Assembly (NCBI GenBank): GCA_965603825.1 | Contig: CBFDEM010000051.1 | Location: 434,001 to 498,000 of the forward strand | Direction: 5' to 3' | From: Blepharisma stoltei ATCC 30299 | Taxonomy: Eukaryota > Protista > Ciliophora | DNA length: 64,000 nucleotides | Shown here: piece by piece, positions 58,670-64,000 of the stretch | How the letters are laid out: each line of letters begins with the position of its first letter | Position numbering within the stretch: position 1 is the first letter of the stretch | The notes under the pieces: model-generated | What the model was told of the DNA's origin: nothing | Databases searched by the model: none | The model's input: the letters and a program-made list of their open reading frames with translations, nothing else | Translations under genes and position numbers: made by a program

Positions 58670-60076
58670 ATGGTATCTGAAAACGACTATGAAAAAGAGC
58701 CTCTTGTAGACAAGTCTGAGGAAAACGAAATTACATGGAAGGATATTGAAAAACAAGAATTTGCCGAACTCGCTAAGAGTCCTTATGACCTATGGCTCAT
58801 CTATGTCATCAAATTCGTAGGGTTCGATTGGGTCGCAATTATGTTTGTCGTAATTGCAGTTTATTGTACAGATATTCTCGATTTATCAGACCCTGAATAC
58901 GGCGCTTTTGCTTTTGCATGCGGTTTTGCATGCTTATTTTCAGCCTTTTTCTTGGGCAATCTTCCAGACAAATTTGGAATAAGGAAGTCTATTTTGACAA
59001 TTGCTGTTACTTGTTTAATTGCCTATATGGTCCTCGTTACTGTGTCCAATGTGGCAGTTCGCTTATTTTTTGTTTTCATCATTATGTGTGGACCATTATT
59101 TTTGAATAACCCAATTCTCAAATATGCTGTTAAAAAGTACACAACAGGAAAATCAAGGAGTCTTGCATTTTCATTTTATCTGTGCATCATGTTTTTTGGA
59201 GAGTGTGTTTCGAGCATATTTGTAGGGGTTGCTTTAAGCATTGGAGATACGGATGAAAGCACATTTAGGCTAATATTTTTAGTCATAGCTTGCATATTGG
59301 TGGTTATCATAATCCTAACATTTTTCCTTAGGGAATTAGATTTTGAATATAGGGCTCATGAAGAGGTTGATGCTCAGAAAAAAAAATGGTCAACAAAAGA
59401 ATATTTAACAAGGGCATTAAGTTATAAATCATTCTGGAGGTATCTAGGACTTATTCTTCTGGAATCGGTCGTTTTTACTTTAGAAAACCACATCGCCATA
59501 ACGCTTCCGCTCTATATGGAAAGAGACATAGATGAAGATGCGCCATTTGCATATTTTATTGGATTATACCAGATTTTAATGACAATTTTGTGTCCATCAC
59601 TGTCATTTTTGGTAAACTATTTCGAAAAATATACACTATTTCTCATGAGTTCGGTGATCATATCTGTGGCACCACTTGTTTTCGTAATTGATTCAAGCTA
59701 CACTACTCTGACCTTGTTTATAGTTCTGGAATCTATAGGTTCAAGCGTGTTCTTGCCAAGACTAACCGATTATGCTTCAGAGATTACCCCTCATGGAATT
59801 GAGGGAATCTATTTTGCTCTATCAAGTTTTCCGTTTTCAGTCGGATTTATGCTGGCAGGATTAACAGCAGGCGTTACACTAGATTCTTATTGTCCAGAAG
59901 ATGGAGAAAAAGAGTGCTGGAAAGTGTGGCTGATTATTTCAGTAATATCGTCCACTGCGACTATAACGCTATTTCTAACTAGAAAATGGCTTGAAGAGCC
60001 TGTTTTAGACACACATCCATTTGTTTCATGGTCAAAATGGTCAAAAGAAGAAGATGATGAAGAAGATGATAATTAA
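58670..60076 (+). CDS. Major facilitator superfamily transporter (POT/PTR-like)
   Basis: About 12 hydrophobic helices; motif A-like GNLPDKFGIRK, RSLAFSFY, P.G.EG.Y. Confidence 0.88.
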   Translation: MVSENDYEKEPLVDKSEENEITWKDIEKQEFAELAKSPYDLWLIYVIKFVGFDWVAIMFVVIAVYCTDILDLSDPEYGAFAFACGFACLFSAFFLGNLPDKFGIRKSILTIAVTCLIAYMVLVTVSNVAVRLFFVFIIMCGPLFLNNPILKYAVKKYTTGKSRSLAFSFYLCIMFFGECVSSIFVGVALSIGDTDESTFRLIFLVIACILVVIIILTFFLRELDFEYRAHEEVDAQKKKWSTKEYLTRALSYKSFWRYLGLILLESVVFTLENHIAITLPLYMERDIDEDAPFAYFIGLYQILMTILCPSLSFLVNYFEKYTLFLMSSVIISVAPLVFVIDSSYTTLTLFIVLESIGSSVFLPRLTDYASEITPHGIEGIYFALSSFPFSVGFMLAGLTAGVTLDSYCPEDGEKECWKVWLIISVISSTATITLFLTRKWLEEPVLDTHPFVSWSKWSKEEDDEEDDN

Positions 60077-60113
60077 ATTAATATAGCTAAATATTTTGCT
60101 AAAGATTTTATTT

Positions 60114-62060
60114 TTATTCAAGGGAAAATGACTCTAGCTCTTTGCATACAATTTCTTCAAAAAGCTTCTCCATACTTGGAAGCTCGAATGATTTCACCTC
60201 ATCCAGCTCAGAAATTGATTTTGTGCTCAAATACCTAGGTGCTGCTTCATACTTTTGTGTTTCTTTTCTTTCAATTTGCTCAGGCTTTTCTAGTTCTGGG
60301 AGCTGGTCAGACTCTATTTCCATTTGAACGTCAAGGTTTACGAATTCAAAATTTTTATCAATTATGATAGTTTGGTTGTTGTATAGGGAAAATGCTTTGG
60401 GATAACTGACTTTGTAGATTTTTTCAGGAATGGAGGAATGAGCATCAAATTTCAATAAAATATTGGTACGTTTTTCTCTTAAATCCTTAGGAGTAACTTT
60501 GCTTGCATTTAAGCCAATGATGAAATGGTTTCCTTCTGCTTCAATTCCATGGACAAAGTCTAGTCTGAGATTCCAGACCATAAGGTTATTTCTATAAGAG
60601 AATATTTTTTCCTGTGTTCTTGCTACCAAAAAATCCTTTGCAGATTTTATTTGGATAAACCAGTTTCCTTCAGGCTCATAAATTTCATGCTCTTTTTCAA
60701 AGTTTTGGTTCCATATAGAAATAATGTGCTCAAACACTACTACTAAATTTCCTTTGTTTTCACACAAATCAGTTGGAACTAGCTCCCATAATTTTTTCTC
60801 ACAAAAATTTCTCCACTCTTTTTCTTCGAATTTTCACACAATAAAGCTGCTATTTCCTATACTCACAAATGAATCTTGATATGAAATGATTCTATTTGCG
60901 GTGTCGCTGTGTGGATGGAGGATCAAAGTGTTGAGCTTATTGTCATTCCAAAATTTAAGGTAAGTTATTGAAAAATTTGGACTGTTCGAGGCTTCTATTG
61001 TGGCCATTGCATTTATTGAAGGAAGAAATGCGACTTGGATAACTTGAAGGGGGTAAGGATAGTTTCGATGAGTTCGGGATACTGGATTGCGCTTAACGCA
61101 GTCAAACCTGATTACTTGGTTGCTATTTGGATTAAAAAATTGAATATATCCTGGAGAGCCATTTAGTACGTACAACTCTTCATATCTTACTAGCCCAGTA
61201 AATATCCTATTATAAGGAAGGATTTTTGAAGGGTCTGTCAGACCTTCGTATCGTGAAATTATTTTATTATCTGTACTGGATACCACTTTGACAGAATTGT
61301 CCAACAATTTCACTACATAAAATGAATTATCATCACTAATAGTGAAATCTATAATTGTGCTGCCCAATCTTGGAAGGAATGTTTGATTTCCAGATGACTC
61401 ATGCCACAGCACTAAAACTCCTTCTTCCCCTCCAGAGATTAAATAGCTTCCATCACTAGTGAATTTTAAAGTTGTGACTTTATGAGAGTGCCAATGCAAT
61501 TTTTGCTTTGAGTTATTTGGGAAAAATTTAATAATTTGTCCAGCCGTGTCACCAACAACTATGTATTTTTGCTCTGGATGAATTTTAAGGCAGGATAGAG
61601 GAACTGTGTGCTCAAAAGTTTTGGTCACTTGAGTCGTTAAATTATATGTAATAAATGAAGTTCCCTTAAGAATGGCTAAGTTTGATTCATCTGGGAACAT
61701 TTGCATCCCAATTACATCTGAGACTTGGCCTTTAAGAATGGTTTGATGCTGAATCTGAGATGTGGTAAGATCTAAAATATTTATCTGTAAATTGTTCCCA
61801 CAAATAAAGTAAAGATTTTTTGTGCTGGCAGTGAGCATTTTGATAGGCGCACTTGTGTCTATTTTTGTATAATTTGGGAGATTTCATATTACTATGAGTC
61901 CATCGGCTCCACCTGTGTAAAGTTTTCTTGATTGTGTAAGCAAGGAAGTAATAGTTTCTTTGTGTACATGAAATTTTCGTACTTCTGATGAAGAAATATC
62001 CAGCGAGCATAAAGTGCTTCCTAGACTAAAAAACACAATTTTGTCTATTGCTCCTGCCAT
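60114..62060 (-). CDS. WDR75: WD-repeat SSU processome subunit Utp17/WDR75
   Basis: LHWHS..V..L.F..DG.YL.SGGEEGVLVLW...FLPRLG signature; ATG 62060, TGA=Trp joins the fragments. Confidence 0.88.
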
Positions 62061-62560
62061 TAATTACAATAAAAATTTTATGTTATTTATGATAGATAAA
62101 GGCTAAACAATAAAGGAACGTAGAGATAAGGAAAGAAAAAGAAGAGAAAAATTGATTCATTGCTTCTTAACTACAGATTTTATTTGGAAGTATCTATTGC
62201 TTTATGAGCTCACGCACCAATGAATATTTTGAAAAGTCTCTCTTAGCTCATAGTTAGATTGCATTATTTGAGAAACTTAAGCAACAGAAAAATTTAAACT
62301 TAGTCAGCCAACTCAAAAAATATGCTTATGTCAAAGTTTTCAAAACTAGTAGTAAATTCAATAAATTAATGTTTGAATCAGTCATTAGTATAAACATTCT
62401 CTAAAGTGCTTCCAATAATATGCTATAATATCAAAGCTAGATATTAAAATTTTGGACACTGCTAATTTAAGATTCTAACTCAACTTAATTTTATAATAAT
62501 CGACTGTAATTTCGGCAATTAATTTAATAATGAGGTAATGTAAACTAAACGCCAATCAAC

Positions 62561-63724
62561 CTATACAGCTCTATATGTTTTATTTCTAAAATCATATTCT
62601 TCAGCGTAAATTTCATCCTTAAATGGTCTTGGAATTAGTTTCGGATTTAAAAACTCGGGCCCTGTGCGCTTAACTGCATCAATCTCTAATGGAAGTTTTG
62701 CTAGTCCCACAACTAGCAGTTCCTCTTTATCAATTTGAGATAGCGGGATTGATTTCGAGCTCGTCATTTCCTGGCTAAATTTTTCTTGAAAATAATTTCA
62801 ATCCCTAAAAGTCTTGCTTGAGGTTTTGGCCATACCTGGCTTTCGTATTATTTCTAGAGGTGATTTTGGTTTTTGAGAAATTCTTGTATAAAGCCCTAAA
62901 AATTTTTGTCCCATAGGAATATAAGTTTCAAATTTTTGATTATTTGATTCTCTTAATGACATATATCACGAAAAAGAATTTGTCTCGTCTTTATCTGGCA
63001 GATTTCTATCAATTTCATCGAGCTCTTCAAGTTTTTCTCTATATTCAGTAGCTCTGTTGAAGAGTAGGTCTCCAGGCTTTTTCTTTGCTTTCGAACTCAA
63101 TTTTTTTTCCAACAAATTCCACTCATTTTGAACTTCATTATAATGGTTTAATATCCTTTGTTCTCTCCCTTGCCGTATTTTATCATAAATTATCATACTT
63201 GATAGCTTTTTAGCTCCTGTAGTCGATTCAAGCTTCGAGTTATTTTCAATTTCAAGTAATCTCTCTTTGAATTTTTCTTCATAATTTGTGTGGTCCCTCG
63301 TATTGAAATTTAATCTTGTCGAAGTTTTACTCAAACCCTTTCCGTTTGTTTTTTCAGGTGTAGAGGGGCCGTTAGATTTAGGATTTGTAAATAGTTTTGT
63401 TGGCCCGATAACGCTGTAAGCGAGTAAGTTCCCTTTATTATCAAATTTGGGGAAAAAACTCTTTTTAGGAGTTGATGGGATTTTTTCTTGCAAGAAGCTT
63501 GTGACATCGCCTTCATGCTCTAGTGCAAAGTCTTCTTCGATCGAGCAAAGATTCTGAAAACTTTGATCATCGCTTCTAATCCTTTTAAGGAGTTTAAAGC
63601 TTTTTGAAGGCTTTATAATCTGAGGCAAACTATCGATTTTCATTTCATCTGAGCTTGAATTTCGCTTGATTCTTGCATGCTTCGGTTTTGGAAATTGAGA
63701 TACTGAGACAAGAGATTTTTCCAT
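62561..63724 (-). CDS. Protein resembling the N-terminal region of MYCBPAP/FAP147
   Basis: GNLLAYSVIG, KKPGDLLFNRATEYREKLEELDEID, EIIRKP, LLVVG resemble remembered MYCBPAP motifs. Two TGA=Trp. Start placed at the first ATG past the neighbouring gene's stop. Confidence 0.6.
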
Positions 63725-63752
63725 TTTATTAAAGTTATCGCTAGTTAAGGAT

Positions 63753-64000
63753 TTATCGGCCTTCATCAATAAAGTTATTCCTTTTCTTGATGCAGACATA
63801 AATATAGTGAGAAGTGCTTCCTTCTTCTTTTGTCATAGCTGCAGTTGCAGATAGCACAGGCTTGGCAATTTGATACTCAAAGACGTTCCAAGAAAACTCT
63901 GGCTGCTTAAAATACCTATTCCTGTTTTCAGGTGGCGCATAACTTATTGATACATAAATCCCATCTGGCTTTAGCACTCTGTGTATTTGTGTTAACATTC
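63753..64000 (-). CDS. 3' end of a class I SAM methyltransferase (EEF1AKMT4/METTL13-like), cut by the window edge
   Basis: IHRVLKPDGIYVSISY..P..R...HYIYVCIK. Confidence 0.8.
   Translation of the reverse strand, partial: MLTQIHRVLKPDGIYVSISYAPPENRNRYFKQPEFSWNVFEYQIAKPVLSATAAMTKEEGSTSHYIYVCIKKRNNFIDEGR

Noticed and set aside
63725-63799. Apparent 47-nt same-strand overlap of two CDSs
   Set aside because: ATG 63724, preceded by taataaa, gives a normal 28-nt gap; the upstream ATGs lie inside the methyltransferase CDS.

Overview
Gene-dense, AT-rich eukaryotic DNA that reads as a heterotrich ciliate macronuclear chromosome, most like Blepharisma. Two sequence-level signatures support this. In-frame TGA sits at conserved Trp positions while TAA/TAG end the genes. 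About 19 spliceosomal introns are only 15-16 nt long (GTA...A at position 10...AG). Reading TGA as Trp and removing these introns joins the fragmented ORF track into about 40 intact genes, often 10-40 nt apart. Confident calls include a kinesin, a CDPK-like kinase, two TBC Rab-GAPs, ELP5, DDX3/Ded1, a class IV sirtuin, a SAPS/PP6R subunit, a 2221-aa USP9/24-like deubiquitinase, an NDR kinase, a Rab5-family GTPase, RPS26, a RING-B-box-Kelch protein, SUCLG1, 14-3-3, PRA1, an OSBP, an MFS transporter and WDR75. Motif-level calls are PIERCE1-, CEP85-, MYCBPAP- and Tom22-like. I saw no rRNA, tRNA, transposon, telomere or CRISPR. Best leads: (1) an ankyrin-gene intron whose perfect 15-nt acceptor leaves an in-frame TAG while an 18-nt acceptor restores the protein; (2) a secreted Kelch/Cys-rich protein fused to an Erv41/46-like two-TM module; (3) strongly gene-specific UGA versus UGG use; (4) an N-acylated Rab5 with no prenylation site; (5) a pseudo-protease-Kelch fusion. 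All homology calls come from remembered motifs, not database searches.
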